A stretch of DNA of 64,000 nt from Salpingoeca rosetta (taxonomy: Eukaryota > Protista > Choanoflagellata), in contig JAWQFM010000017.1 of the NCBI GenBank assembly GCA_033442325.1, forward strand, positions 1,105,125 through 1,169,124, written 5' to 3'. Made by a program: the position numbers and the translations under genes. Each line of letters begins with the position of its first letter. Within the stretch, counting starts at the first letter, position 1. This document shows, in pieces, positions 10,564 to 22,600 of this stretch. The notes under the pieces are model-generated. The model ran no database searches. It saw only the letters and a list, made by a program, of their open reading frames with translations, and had not been told where the DNA came from.

Positions 10564-13500
10564 ATGCCGCATCCTCAAGCACGCCCTCTTGAAGGCTTTC
10601 ATCATCGCTTCACCCTTGACTGGCGGATACACCAAAGAAGCCGGCCACAGCAACCACAGCAAGCTCAAGGGCCGCCGTTGAACACAACACCGACAGCAAC
10701 AACTGCTCGCTGTGACGCTACGCCTATCAGGACTCGCACTGACGACTGTCGCGCGGATAAGAACAATGGAGGTGCACTCAGACACGTCGAACAACTACCA
10801 ATCACAAGAAACAGCAGGACACCACAGCTCAATTGGCAGAGGCACCACCACCAAACAACAAGAACAACAAGAACAACAGAGACGACGTCTCCAGGCGAAC
10901 AGCTACGAAAACTCGTTCTTCGCATCCTCAACGGCACCGCACCTGGCATCATACAGCTCACTTGCTCGCGAACAACGACCGTCGACACACTGAGGCAGGA
11001 TATTGGCAACGCGTTCAGGCACGTGGATTGGCTGCACGGTTTCTCCTGTGATGTGGAGCAGAACCTACGTCTTGGAAGCCGTCATGTTTTCCTGGATGTT
11101 TCGAGCCGAGCCCTCGCTGAGGACGACGTGTACACGGTCGACCTCCACGTTCGGCCGCTTCCGCTCGGTCAAGTTGGCTTGGAGAACCCGCCCCTGTTTC
11201 GGAGCGGCTCCCACGGCGGGCACAGAGATCGGCAGGCCCTGCAGCGCTTGGCCAACTTGGAGTGGGCAGACGTCGACCCAGCACACCCAGAGCACAAGGA
11301 AATGAAGGCTGTGGCAGATGCACCTCACTGGGATGAGCAGGCGCTTGATGCAGGGGCGCGAGTCTCGTCGCAAGGACACGAGGGTGGCGTCTTTGGCCCG
11401 ATCGCAGCAACGGTACCTTCACACGAGCTGAACAACCTCGACTTCAAGTCCTGCTGCGGCAGCAGCTCCAGTGGATGGACGCTGTACGCCGACACCAGCA
11501 CCATTGCGAAATTGATGAAGGACACACTGCCTGCCTTGCTCAACTCCATCAACACAAATGGTTGTGCAGACGCCACGGCTCACCTTATTTGCGGTGTGGT
11601 CGACAATGACGACGACTGTCACGTGAGCGGGATTGTGCCTGAGGAGCCACTTGAATGTGATGCGTACTTCAAGGATGTGATTGACCAAATCAACACGCGA
11701 ATTCATCAGCAGCTCTTTCCTCCCCTGCCAACAGGCTCTGCAACACTGCACGTGCATCGTGTGGTCGATTGCTACACCGCGCTGGAGGACGGTGGCCTGG
11801 ACAAGAACGACGGCGAGTACAAGTTGGTGCTCTTTGGGCGTCGTGAACTCGACACGGCGGCATTCTTGCGTGGCAAGCTTCAGGGCAAAGGGGCATTGTT
11901 CATCAGTGGGAACGGAGAGAACCCTCAACACGCAGTTGTGTTCCACGCACAAGCGCAAACGCCCTCGCTGACATCCTCAGCATCATCAGCATCGACAACA
12001 GCGTCACCGACGTCCTCGGCGACACCAGCTTCATCAGCGCCATCATCAAGACAAGAGGTTGGAACGAGCGCCATGTCATTTTCGGCGCAACAGCTGCTGC
12101 AGTACCTGGAGGACCACGATTGGAAGCACGTGCCTCGGTTTGTGCTGCAGCTCGTTTTCAAGCCACCTCCTCATCTGATCGGCACATTCATCGACACCCA
12201 CGCCTTTGCGCCCGTGTATGTGGACAACGGTGAAGAGGCCAGCCTGTCTCGCATTGGGATGTGGGCCAGGCTCCACCCTCAGCCAAGCGTGTCCACCCAG
12301 TCGCTGATGGCAGGTAGCTGGTACGTCAAGCTATGCGTGGGCGCGGTCGCAGAGAGGTGGCTGATTGCCAAGGGGGTCAGTTTCCAAGCAGGCGTCTCTT
12401 CTCCGGCCGCACATGCCCACGAGCTCTCACGTGTGTTGCAGAGAGGCCAGCAGCCCTTCTTGTTGTTTATCGCGACAACTGATGTGGAAGCTGGTGCGCT
12501 TGACTCCATTGGGCTGTCTCAATCCGCAGCCCCCGTCCTGATTGTGTTGCTGGCAGAGCGGCTACTTACCCCGACCGAAACTTTTGCGACCCTGAAAGCC
12601 CTCCAGCCTGCATGCGCTTGCGCGAACGTGCACGTGATTGATCTGATCTCCATTTGCAGTCCCAGAGACAAGAACGATGTCAGCGGCATCAGCGCTGTGC
12701 CGCTAGCCACAGTCGCCAGCGATGACAACGAGGAAGCCGTGCACTTTACGTGGCTGCATCATGTCACCCCGGTCAAGCAGGCGACATCTTCTGCAACCAA
12801 CGAGGTTGCGGATGTGTCTCAAGAAGCGCAGCAGCAGCAGCAGCAAGAGCAACATGAGCAAGAACAGCAACATGTGCAGCAACTTGTGCAGACACAACAG
12901 CAAGAGCCACAACAGCGACAGCAACAGCAGCACGTGGACGGCGCCCACATCCCCGCCCTGGCTATGACTGCAGAAGACCGGCAAACTGCGTTCGTGGACT
13001 GGCTTGAGGGGAAGACGCCAATGCAGTGGGAGATTGCATATGACATCCCAGAAACCACGGGCATCCGCGAGCTTGAAGCAGAGGTGTTGGCATCACTTTC
13101 ACCAGGCCAGCTTGGGTGTGTGGTGGCTGATAAGGCTGAGGCTGGTGCCGGCGCAAGTACTGCTTTGAGGCGTGTTGCTGTCGTGCAGGCGGACCGAAAT
13201 GCATTGGTGTTCTGGGGCGGCGACGGCAGCAACGTACCCAAGCAGAAGCAACGTGCCCGTGCTGTGTGGTATTACATGGTTCGCCAGTACCGAGAGCCTC
13301 GCCCTGACGGCGCATCATGGAAGCACCTGTTGCTGGTGATTGACGCGCACCCGCGCTCGGCATTCACGCTGCTGCAGGCGGGGCGGGACGTTCTCGACAT
13401 GCACAGCAATCGTGACATACGTGCCTGCGTTGTGTTGGCGTCTGGCTGTCCAGCCTTTTCGTCCAAGCACTTCAAGCCTCCGGTTGGAGCACGCTTCGTG

Positions 13501-15075
13501 CCCATCCATGCATTTCTTCGTACAGAGGCGGACATTGACAATGTTCACCGCGCCCTGGTCAAGTTCTTGCCTGACCGACAGCCCCAGCTCGACGATGTGC
13601 GCTCCGAGGCCCACAGGAGTCTTGCATTCAGCGACGCACACCCCACCACACACGACAGCTACATGTGCAACCATATGTTTGTCTTCGCTCTAGCTGCCCT
13701 GCGTGGGGAGTTCATGCCGCCACGCAGGCTGGTGCGAACGGTCCTGGACAGCACTACCCCTGCAGAGAAGCGTGTTCTGATGGCTCTGGCGTTTATTCGC
13801 GCTTTCTGCCTTGCGGACACGCCGGTTCCCCTGTGCTATGTGAGCGGTGACGGGGCCTTGTCCGCGCGCTTGCAACGGCTTGTGTGCTTCGCCTCCCAAG
13901 ACAACGACCAAGTTCGGTTTTGCCACCCCTTCTACGCGCGGATCTTTGTGGAGGAGGCGGCCTCGTGCCAAGCGTCACCCGGGGGCACCGCTGTCATGTT
14001 GAGGCTGGGCGCCGAGAGCTTAACAAGGAGCGACCGAGCGCAGCTGTTGGGCATGTGGGCGGAAACAGTCCGGTTTCTACAGAAGCCACGCGAAGGCGTT
14101 GACGCTGGAACGCGACTCCTGCAACGTGTGGCGAATGAGGTCCTGCTTCAACGGCATGGTGACGAGTTTGCCCCGCTTGTGAAGCGCGTGCTGTTCCCTG
14201 CACAGCGCTGCGAGCGCTCTGGCGACCTTGAGGCTGAGCTTGACAGGCTGTTCAAACCTGTGCGACAGAACCAGCCCCGTGCATGGTTCGCAGAGTACGA
14301 CAATCATCTCTTCGGACACGAGTGCGTTGTCAGGGCGCGGGTGTTCCGAGAGTATGCACTGGCGGACGTTGACTGTCGACCAAAGGTGCACGACTGCATT
14401 GCTGAGGTCGCTGTGAAGTGGGCTGAGGAGGCATGCCAAGTGTTTCATTTTGACGGGAACAAGCGCCGTGATCTCAGAGCAAGCCAGGATCGTGTGGCTC
14501 GACACTTGCTTGCCACTTGCCATGCAGCATGGTGGCGTCGCTCGCATGCCACGTGCCGCACGAACCAGTGTTCCGAGCCTGGCACTGGCAAAGAGGGGCG
14601 CGGCGGCGATTTTCCTCATGGCTGCAATGATGACGATGATGACAACGACGATGGGGGTGATGAGGAGGGGGATCAAGCGTGGCAACCTCCGCCTCGGTAT
14701 GGCCCAAACACAGCACTTTCGCGTGGTACCACCCTTGCGGGGAGTGCTGGCGGTCGAGCCGGTGTGCCTCGATCTCGTTCCTTGGGGCACCTTGCCAGAC
14801 CCGATCCCCAACTCAGCGTTCGTCGCCAGCCTTCTCCTAGTCCTGCGCCGTGGTTTCCCCATTCCACAGCAACAGTGGCGTCATCAACACGCCGCAACGC
14901 AACTCGTGCCAGCGCGTTTACACCAACTTCTGCTGCCCGCGGCGCTCGGCCAAGTCCATCAGGTTCAGGTTCATATCATCAACGGAACAGCGACGACAGC
15001 CGGCGCTATGTTGACCAAAGATACCAGCGCCCTCGCCCATCGGCCTCAGCCACAGCACTGCAAGACCCGTGCTAG
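10564..15075 (+). CDS. Intronless SAMD9/SAMD9L-like STAND P-loop NTPase with AlbA_2 (Schlafen)-like nuclease domain and N-terminal ubiquitin-like region
   Basis: ORF open from 10468; first ATG at 10564. AlbA-like motifs: HE..LDFKS, LPALLNS..NG..HLICGVVD and RFVLQLVFKP (~11377-12170). STAND motifs: WLEGKTPMQW; Lys-less Walker A AEAGAGASTALRRVA (13135-13180); Walker B LLLVID (~13327); FVFALAAL..F..LVRTVL; VRFCHPFYA (~13912-13938); LLQRHGDEFAPLV (~14143-14181). Confidence 0.72.
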   Translation: MPHPQARPLEGFHHRFTLDWRIHQRSRPQQPQQAQGPPLNTTPTATTARCDATPIRTRTDDCRADKNNGGALRHVEQLPITRNSRTPQLNWQRHHHQTTRTTRTTETTSPGEQLRKLVLRILNGTAPGIIQLTCSRTTTVDTLRQDIGNAFRHVDWLHGFSCDVEQNLRLGSRHVFLDVSSRALAEDDVYTVDLHVRPLPLGQVGLENPPLFRSGSHGGHRDRQALQRLANLEWADVDPAHPEHKEMKAVADAPHWDEQALDAGARVSSQGHEGGVFGPIAATVPSHELNNLDFKSCCGSSSSGWTLYADTSTIAKLMKDTLPALLNSINTNGCADATAHLICGVVDNDDDCHVSGIVPEEPLECDAYFKDVIDQINTRIHQQLFPPLPTGSATLHVHRVVDCYTALEDGGLDKNDGEYKLVLFGRRELDTAAFLRGKLQGKGALFISGNGENPQHAVVFHAQAQTPSLTSSASSASTTASPTSSATPASSAPSSRQEVGTSAMSFSAQQLLQYLEDHDWKHVPRFVLQLVFKPPPHLIGTFIDTHAFAPVYVDNGEEASLSRIGMWARLHPQPSVSTQSLMAGSWYVKLCVGAVAERWLIAKGVSFQAGVSSPAAHAHELSRVLQRGQQPFLLFIATTDVEAGALDSIGLSQSAAPVLIVLLAERLLTPTETFATLKALQPACACANVHVIDLISICSPRDKNDVSGISAVPLATVASDDNEEAVHFTWLHHVTPVKQATSSATNEVADVSQEAQQQQQQEQHEQEQQHVQQLVQTQQQEPQQRQQQQHVDGAHIPALAMTAEDRQTAFVDWLEGKTPMQWEIAYDIPETTGIRELEAEVLASLSPGQLGCVVADKAEAGAGASTALRRVAVVQADRNALVFWGGDGSNVPKQKQRARAVWYYMVRQYREPRPDGASWKHLLLVIDAHPRSAFTLLQAGRDVLDMHSNRDIRACVVLASGCPAFSSKHFKPPVGARFVPIHAFLRTEADIDNVHRALVKFLPDRQPQLDDVRSEAHRSLAFSDAHPTTHDSYMCNHMFVFALAALRGEFMPPRRLVRTVLDSTTPAEKRVLMALAFIRAFCLADTPVPLCYVSGDGALSARLQRLVCFASQDNDQVRFCHPFYARIFVEEAASCQASPGGTAVMLRLGAESLTRSDRAQLLGMWAETVRFLQKPREGVDAGTRLLQRVANEVLLQRHGDEFAPLVKRVLFPAQRCERSGDLEAELDRLFKPVRQNQPRAWFAEYDNHLFGHECVVRARVFREYALADVDCRPKVHDCIAEVAVKWAEEACQVFHFDGNKRRDLRASQDRVARHLLATCHAAWWRRSHATCRTNQCSEPGTGKEGRGGDFPHGCNDDDDDNDDGGDEEGDQAWQPPPRYGPNTALSRGTTLAGSAGGRAGVPRSRSLGHLARPDPQLSVRRQPSPSPAPWFPHSTATVASSTRRNATRASAFTPTSAARGARPSPSGSGSYHQRNSDDSRRYVDQRYQRPRPSASATALQDPC

Positions 15076-15366
15076 AGGCGGTGAGGCTGGGCTGGTGGGT
15101 GGCTTCTTCTTGATTTTTCACTTGTGTGTGTGTGTGTGTGCGTGTGTGTGTGCGTGTGTGTGTGTGCGTGTGTGTGATTGCGTGAGGTGTGCGAAGGCGA
15201 GAGGCTGAGAGGAGAGGAGGGTATGAGGGGGGTTAGGTTGTGAGAGGGTGAGCGGAGGGACTGAGGGAGGCTGGGTGAGTTGTGGGCGTTGCTCTTGCTC
15301 GTCTGGCTGCTTGCTTCTTCCTTGTTGTGCGTTTGTGTGTTCTGTTGCTTCCATCTCCGTTTGCTT

Positions 15367-15496
15367 TTCAAAACGTGCGCGGCAGCCGCTTGCCAGCGAT
15401 TTTCTATGAAAACATGCATAATTTTCTGAACAGCTGTCACCGTTGACAGCAGTTGTCATCCAACCGTTTTCTGTGCCATCCGCCAAAATTTTCAAA
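15367..15496. promoter_or_regulatory. Candidate CDE/CHR and E2F-like cell-cycle elements upstream of SMC2
   Basis: 15367-15382 reads CCGCGC-ACGT-TTTGAA on the minus strand (GC box, 4-nt spacer, CHR). 15480-15496 is CCGCCAAA (E2F-like) followed by TTCAAA. Confidence 0.3.
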
Positions 15497-15723
15497 GCGC
15501 TCAAACACCACAGCCAACCACACACCACAACCAACTCGCTCCACCGCGACTTGCCTGCGTTGTGCCTGACGCCGAGGAGGGCCACCATACACACACGCAC
15601 GCACGCACACACACACACACACACACGCACGCAAACGGCGTACCTGTGGCCTGAGCACCACGCTTCCAGCACACAAGCACACACAGCCGCTGGCACTTTG
15701 TGACAGCCACACACCCACCAGCC

Positions 15724-18368
15724 ATGTTCATCAGCGTGCGTTGTTGTGGTTGTTTGTTGTTGGTGGTTGTCGGTGTTGATGTTGGAACATGACCTGCTTG
15801 CTTGGACGTGAGTCGACAGAAGCGCGGCAGTGGAGGGCGTGGCGATTGAGCCTGTGGTCCATGTCGAGGCACTTGAATGATCCTCACTCTTTGTTGCTCG
15901 TGCCGTGCCTTGTGTGCCTTGTGTGGGTTGTGTTAACAGGAGATTATCATTGATGGGTTCAAGTCCTATGCCCAGCGCACGGTGGTGTCGGACTTTGATC
16001 CGTTCTTCAACGCCATCACCGGTCTGAATGGCAGTGGAAAGTCCAACATCCTCGATGCCATTTGCTTTGTCCTTGGCATCTCAAACCTCAGCCAGGTGCG
16101 ACCGCTTGAGCGTGTGCTTGTGCTTGTCGTTGCGTATCCTTGCGTGTGTGCTTGTCGTTGCGTATCGTTGCGTGCGTGTGTATGTGCGTGCTTGTCGTTG
16201 CGTATTGTGGCGTGCGTGTGTGCTTGTTGTGCGCGTGCTTGTCGTTGCATGTCCTCGTGCGCTTTATTGCCAGCGCTTGTTCTTTGCGATAGTTGGCTGT
16301 GCAACCAAAGCACAAGCGATGTGAGTGTGTTTGCAGCATCACTCAAGGTGTCGGTCGTTGGGCTGTTGTGTTTGTTGCAGGTGCGCGCAAGCACGCTGCA
16401 GGAGCTGATCTACAAGCAGGGCCAGGCCGGCGTGACCAAGGCCACTGTGTCGATTGTGTTCAACAACGAGGACAAGGACCAGAGCCCGATTGGCTACGAG
16501 CAGCACGACACCATCACTGTGACGCGGCAGATTGCCATTGGCGGAAAGAACAAGTACATGATCAACGGCCACAATGCGCAGCAGTCGCGTGTGGCAAACC
16601 TCTTTCAGTCCGTGCAGCTGAACGTCAACAACCCGCACTTTCTCATCATGCAAGGCCGTATCACCAAGGTGCTCAACATGAAGCCGCCCGAGATCCTGTC
16701 GATGATCGAGGAAGCAGCGGGCACGCGCATGTTCGAGAGCAAGAAGACCGCCGCCCTCAAGACCATGACCAAGAAGGACAAGAAGGTGCAGCAAATGTGT
16801 TTGCGTGCGTGTGTGTGTGTTTGCTTGTGCGGGACGAAAGTGACAGTGGGAAGGTGGGATGGGATGGGCGAATGCAACGCACAGCTGTGAACGTATGCCT
16901 GAGGGGAGGGTGTGTGTGTTGAGTTAAACGGCGACAAGTTATAGCGCACACCAGTGTCTCGCTTTGATAAGCGACACAGTCAACTCACGCCTCCTGCCCC
17001 TTCTCCACCACCGACAGGTGCAAGAGATCCAGACGCTGCTCGATGAAGACATCACGCCGACGCTAGAGAAGCTTCGCAAGGAGCGCACGTCGTACCTCGA
17101 GTTCCAGAAGACGAAGGTCAGCAAATCCTATTGGGCTGGAACTGGGGCTGCTGCTTCTGCTGGTGGTGATGGAGGAGGTGGAGGAGGTGGTGCAGTGCAA
17201 TGCAGTTGTTTCGCATGATGGTGTTTACGACTGTGATGTTGGTGTTTGTGGCGCTGGCTGGCCATGCAGTTGCAGAGGCGCTGTGTGTGTGTGCGCGTGT
17301 GTGTGTGCGTGGGTGGGTGTGTTTCCAATCGCTAGAATGTCTCTTCCCTCACACTGCTGCTCGTGTGCGTGAATCGGATACCAGGCGGAGATTGATCTGC
17401 TGACACGCTTCCTCGTCGCATGGTCGTACCAGCGCGCAGAGGTGTGTGCACGTGCGTTTGGGTGGTGCTGAAGTCGTGTCCTTGTGCACTGCATGCTTTG
17501 TTTTTTTGACGCGCCAAGCTGAAGGTTCAACTGAAGCGAAGCATGCACAGCGTGACATATGTGCCATCACACCCAACTCACAATCACAATCACACACGCA
17601 TACTCATAATCACAATCACAATCACAATCAAACACACCCTTTCCTTACCTTCCCCCAATAGCAAACGCTGTCTGCGTCGACAGATGCGCTGACGACGGCT
17701 GAGGAGCGGGTGAAGGAGCTGCGTACGCAGGTGCGCACGCTCGAGGGCGACCGCGACAACACCCAGCAAAACATCTCCCTGCAGCAGAAGCGCCGGGATG
17801 CGGTGCGTGCTCTCGCCACTGATATGTGTGTGTGTGTGTGAAGCTGTTGTAGATGAAGACGATGTTGAGAGTTTTGTTGAGTTTTGTTGAGTTTTGTGCT
17901 GCTTACGCTGTGCGAATGCACATGCACACACACACACACATTGCTCACACACCTCAACAAGTGGCGGTGCCCGCATGCGTGTATGTGTGTGTGTCTCTAG
18001 GAGATGAACTCTGCTCTGCGGACGATGGAGGAGCAGGTGGGCAACCTGTCCAAGGTGGTGGTCAAGGCCAAGGCCGAATATGACAACAAAGTCCACGCTA
18101 TTGAGGAGGAGGAGGCTGCACGCAAGGCGCACCTCGCCCAGATTGAGGAGGTTTGTTGCCGTGGTGGTGATGACGATGATGGCGATGATGGCGATTGAGG
18201 GGGGTGCTGACAGAGGTGATGGAGAAGGAGGAGGAGAGCGACGAGTACGTGTGTGTACGTGGGCATGTGCATACGTTTGGGTGTGGCCTGTCCGAGGTGC
18301 GGTCAACATGATATCGTGCTGCTTTGGCATGCATATTCGTCCCATAGTTCAGCACCTATTCGCGCTCC

Positions 18369-18427
<59 letters not shown>

Positions 18428-19566
18428 GAACTGCAGACGCAAAAAAGCCTTGAAGACAAGGCGGGAGAGATTGACGCTGCGCGCGCTGCTGTTGAATCTG
18501 GCCAGACTGCCCTGCAAGCAGCGCAGGACGGCGTGGCGGAGAGCGAGAAGCGCTGCATGGCTGCATCTGTCGGCGCCTCATCCGTATGTAATGGGGGGGG
18601 GGTGGAGGTGACTTGGGATGGTTTGTGGTTTGTGGTTTGTGGTTTGTGGTGCGGTGTGGGTGAGCACGTGCATGTTTTCGCGTGTTTGGGTGCTGTTGTG
18701 TGTGTTTGGTGCCCGAGGCTGTGGGTGGCGGCAAATCCTATGTAATTTGCTGTTTGTCATTGCTACTCACACGTCATGGTGTCTTGTGCAATTTCGATAC
18801 GCAGGACGGCACGAGTCTCACGTTTGCCGAGCAGATCAAGGAGCTGCAGAGCGTCATCTCAACCGCCTCCACGCAGGTCTGTCCAAGTCTGGAGATGTGT
18901 GTTGCTGTTTGTGCGCGTTTGTGCTTGTGTGTTTGTGCGTTTCTGTTTGTGTTGTGGTCGTTGTTGTTGTTCGTGTCTTTGTTCTTGCGCTCGCGATCCA
19001 TACGGAGGTGGTCGCCATCATACTATTCACATTCGTCCTGTGCTCGCCCCCTTTAATCCGCACTGTAGATGAAGCAAGCAGAGATGACCATCTCCCACGC
19101 CACGAGCGAACTCAAGACAAAGAAGCCAAACGGTGAGGCAATAAAGCATTGCGCACACGCCCTCGCTGACGAATGCCCGTCACTGCCACCGTTTTCTGAT
19201 GTTGCGGCTGTACATGCGCGCGAGTTTTCGCGTTTCACTGTGCTATTTCTTGTGCATGCATGTGTCAATGTGCACTGTCTTGCACTGCGCCATCCCACAC
19301 TGACGCCTGTGTGTCGCTTGACGCCACAGCCAAGAAGAGCGAGTCGGAGTACAAACGGCTCCAGCGCGACGTGAACGCCCTGGAAACCGATCTCAAGGCC
19401 ATCGAGGTGCGTTGCGTGCGCATGCCTGTGTTTGTGGACGTATGCGCATGCGCTTGGCCTATGTACCTTGGATTGAATGCACATATAGGTTCATTCTTTT
19501 TCCACTGCTTCATGCGTCACTTTGCTCACACACTCTCCTCGCGATCTGCGACTGCACATTCCACTC

Positions 19567-19603
<37 letters not shown>

Positions 19604-22600
19604 CACGCACTCACGCGCACACACACACACACACACACACACGCTCACGCACTCACACACACACACGCACTCCCTGTCTGCGCAGGAGCATGTGGCAAAG
19701 CTTGCCTTTGATGAAGGCGAGGAAGCGAAGCTGCACGAGCAGAAGCAGGCGCTCGACCGGGAGTATCTCGCTGCAAAGGACCAGGTGGACACGCTGTCCG
19801 CTAGGCTGTCCCGCCTCACCTTTGAGTACAAGGACCCCGAGCCTGGCTTTGACCGCTCACAGGTACGCTGACCTACATTGTGTTTGCATGTACATGTGTG
19901 TGTGTACGTGCGCGTGAGTGCGAATACAGCCGTGCGTGGAACGTGTTGCACTTTCGATGACCCAGCTCATTTCTATCGCTTTGTCTAATGCATGATACTT
20001 ACTTTCACGACAACTCCATATTCCACCATCACCACCGCGGTTACCACCATCACGGCTATCGTCATCGTTTGACCACGAAATACCACGCCGTCAGGTGCAC
20101 GGTCTGGTGGCTGAGCTGATCGACGTTGCCGATGCGAGCACGGGCACGGCGCTTGAGATCACGGCGGGCGGCAAGCTGTACAACGTGGTGGTGAAAGACG
20201 AAGTGGTTGGCAAGAAGCTGCTGAGCAAAGGCCAGCTCAAGCGCCGTGTTACCATCATTCCCCTCAACAAGATTGCGGCCAGGTCTCTCAAGGACGATGT
20301 TGTTCGCCGCGCAAAGCAGGAGGTGGGTGTTTGTGTGTGTTTGTGTGTGCGTGTGTGTTTGTGTGACAGTGAGTTTTTGAGTGAGTGATTGAGTGAGTGA
20401 GTGAGTGTATGTACGCATGTGTGCGCGTGTCAGTGTGAACACACATGTTTGTGTGTGTGTGTGAGTGCAAGTGTACGTTCACCGACTCATGCATCTCCGT
20501 CCACTCTCCCCTAAACGCCAACAATCATGGTGTGCAGGTTGGTGAGGAGAATGTTGACGTTGCGCTGAGCCTGATTGGGTACCCTGCTGAAGTTGCTGCT
20601 GCCATGGAATACGTCTTTGGCCGCACGCTGGTCTGCAGGACCCTCGACATGGCAAAGAAGGTGGGCGCAAATGCTCGCGCGTGTCTTGTGTGTCTTGTGT
20701 GTCTTGTTGTGTGTGTGTGTGTCTTGTGTGTGTGAGGTTGGTGTGTGTGTGTGTGTCTTGTGTGTGTGTGTGTCTTGTTGTGTGTGTGTGTGTGTCTTGT
20801 TGTGTGTGTGTGTGTCTTGTTTTGTGTGTGTGTGTGTGTGCGCGCATGAGAGCAGGTTGTGGAGTTTTTTCATGCAACATGTGTGTCATCGCATCACAAA
20901 CCTCACCCCACTCCCTCTGCTTCACGACTTGTGTGTTTTGGCGGATTGTGTATGTGTTTTGTTCTCGTCCCCTTCCTGACTGACACCAGGTCACGTTCCA
21001 CGACAAGATCCGTGCGCGGACGGTGACGCTTGACGGCGACGTGTTTGACCCGAGCGGCACTCTCACGGGCGGCGCCAAGGCCTCGTCCTCTGGCGTCCTC
21101 CTCGCCCTGCAGGTAAAGCACATGGGCACATGCTGGTGGCGTGATGTTGTAGTGCTGGTGTGGCGTGCTATTGTTCTGTGAAGGACAAAGTCATTGGAGT
21201 TTCTTGCGAGTTTACTGCACACCTGACAAGCCAGCATGCACACGCATGTGCAATCACGTGTGTTCATGTTCACGCACACTCTCACTCATACACGCACACA
21301 CACACGCACGCACACACATACACACACACTCATACACATTCACGCACACATACACACGCATAAATGTGCAGTCCTTGAGCAAGGCGCGGCGCCACCTGAC
21401 GCGGGTGGAGACGGAGCTCTCGCGGGTGAACAAAGCGCTGGCGGCTGCGAGCGACGCAGCTGCACGCTACCAGCGGCTCATCAGCAACCGCGACATGAAA
21501 GCGAGCGAGCTGGAGGTGCTGCGGGTCAAGCTCGACTCCAACGTGCACTACAAGGTGAGCAAACTGATGGCGGTGGTGGAGACCGTGGTGGTCGAAATGG
21601 TCGTGGTGATGATGAGATGGGTGGGCGTGTTTGCTTGACGCGGTGTCTTTGAGTAAGCATTGGTACCACCACAGTTGTCTCGCTGACACGCTGTCACACA
21701 AACAAATGCATGTGCGGTTCAGGCCGTGTCTGAGGTCAAGGAGTTGGAGGAGACGATTGCATCGTCGAAGGAGCAGCTGACGGCGAGCAAGAAGCAGAAG
21801 CAGGACGCAGAGAAGAAGATCAAGCAGCTTGAGAAGGAGCAGGCGTCCTACGCCGACAAGGTAGTGCAGCAGCACTCGTGGTGATCATTGTTGGCGGCTG
21901 GTATTGGTAGTTTGTGTGCTTGTCGTTCTGTTGCAGACCAACGAAAGGCTTTGCATTGGGCGCTTCAATGCGTACACTTATGCACACACACACACATACA
22001 CATACACACACATGCATACGGCAGCGCGACGAGCAAATGCGCAAGGCAGAGGAGATGCGCGCTGCGGCGAAGGAAGCGCTGAAGGCGGCCAAGGCAGAGG
22101 TGCAGCGGCTGCAGCAGGCGCACGAGGAGCAGGTGCTGGAGCGCGACGCCCTCGCCGGTGAGCTGAAGACCATGCAGAGGCAGACGGACAAGTTTGCAGA
22201 GACGCTTGAGAAGCTTGCGCAGGAGAAGGAAACGCTCGCTGCGACGCTGGCGTCCAAGAAGCGCGACTTTGAACAGGCAGATGACCAGTGAGTATTGAGT
22301 TGGCAGGCGGTGTGTGTGTGTGTGATGTGGTTGTTTGCTTGCGTGCACTTGTTTGCTTGTGCATGTTTGCCTCGCTTTGGCCATACGCACACACACACAA
22401 TATGACATGCTGTTCTCACCTCTCGTGCAAACACGTCAGGCTGACGCGCAAGAAGGAGAAGTTGACGGCTGTAGATGCGAAGCTGCGAGAGCTGAAGACT
22501 CATCTGAAGGAAGTGCAGGCGGAGCTCGACGCAAACGCGCTTGAGCTGAAGAAGCTCTCCCACGACAAGGACAAGCTGGCACGCGAGAAGAAGGAGGCAG

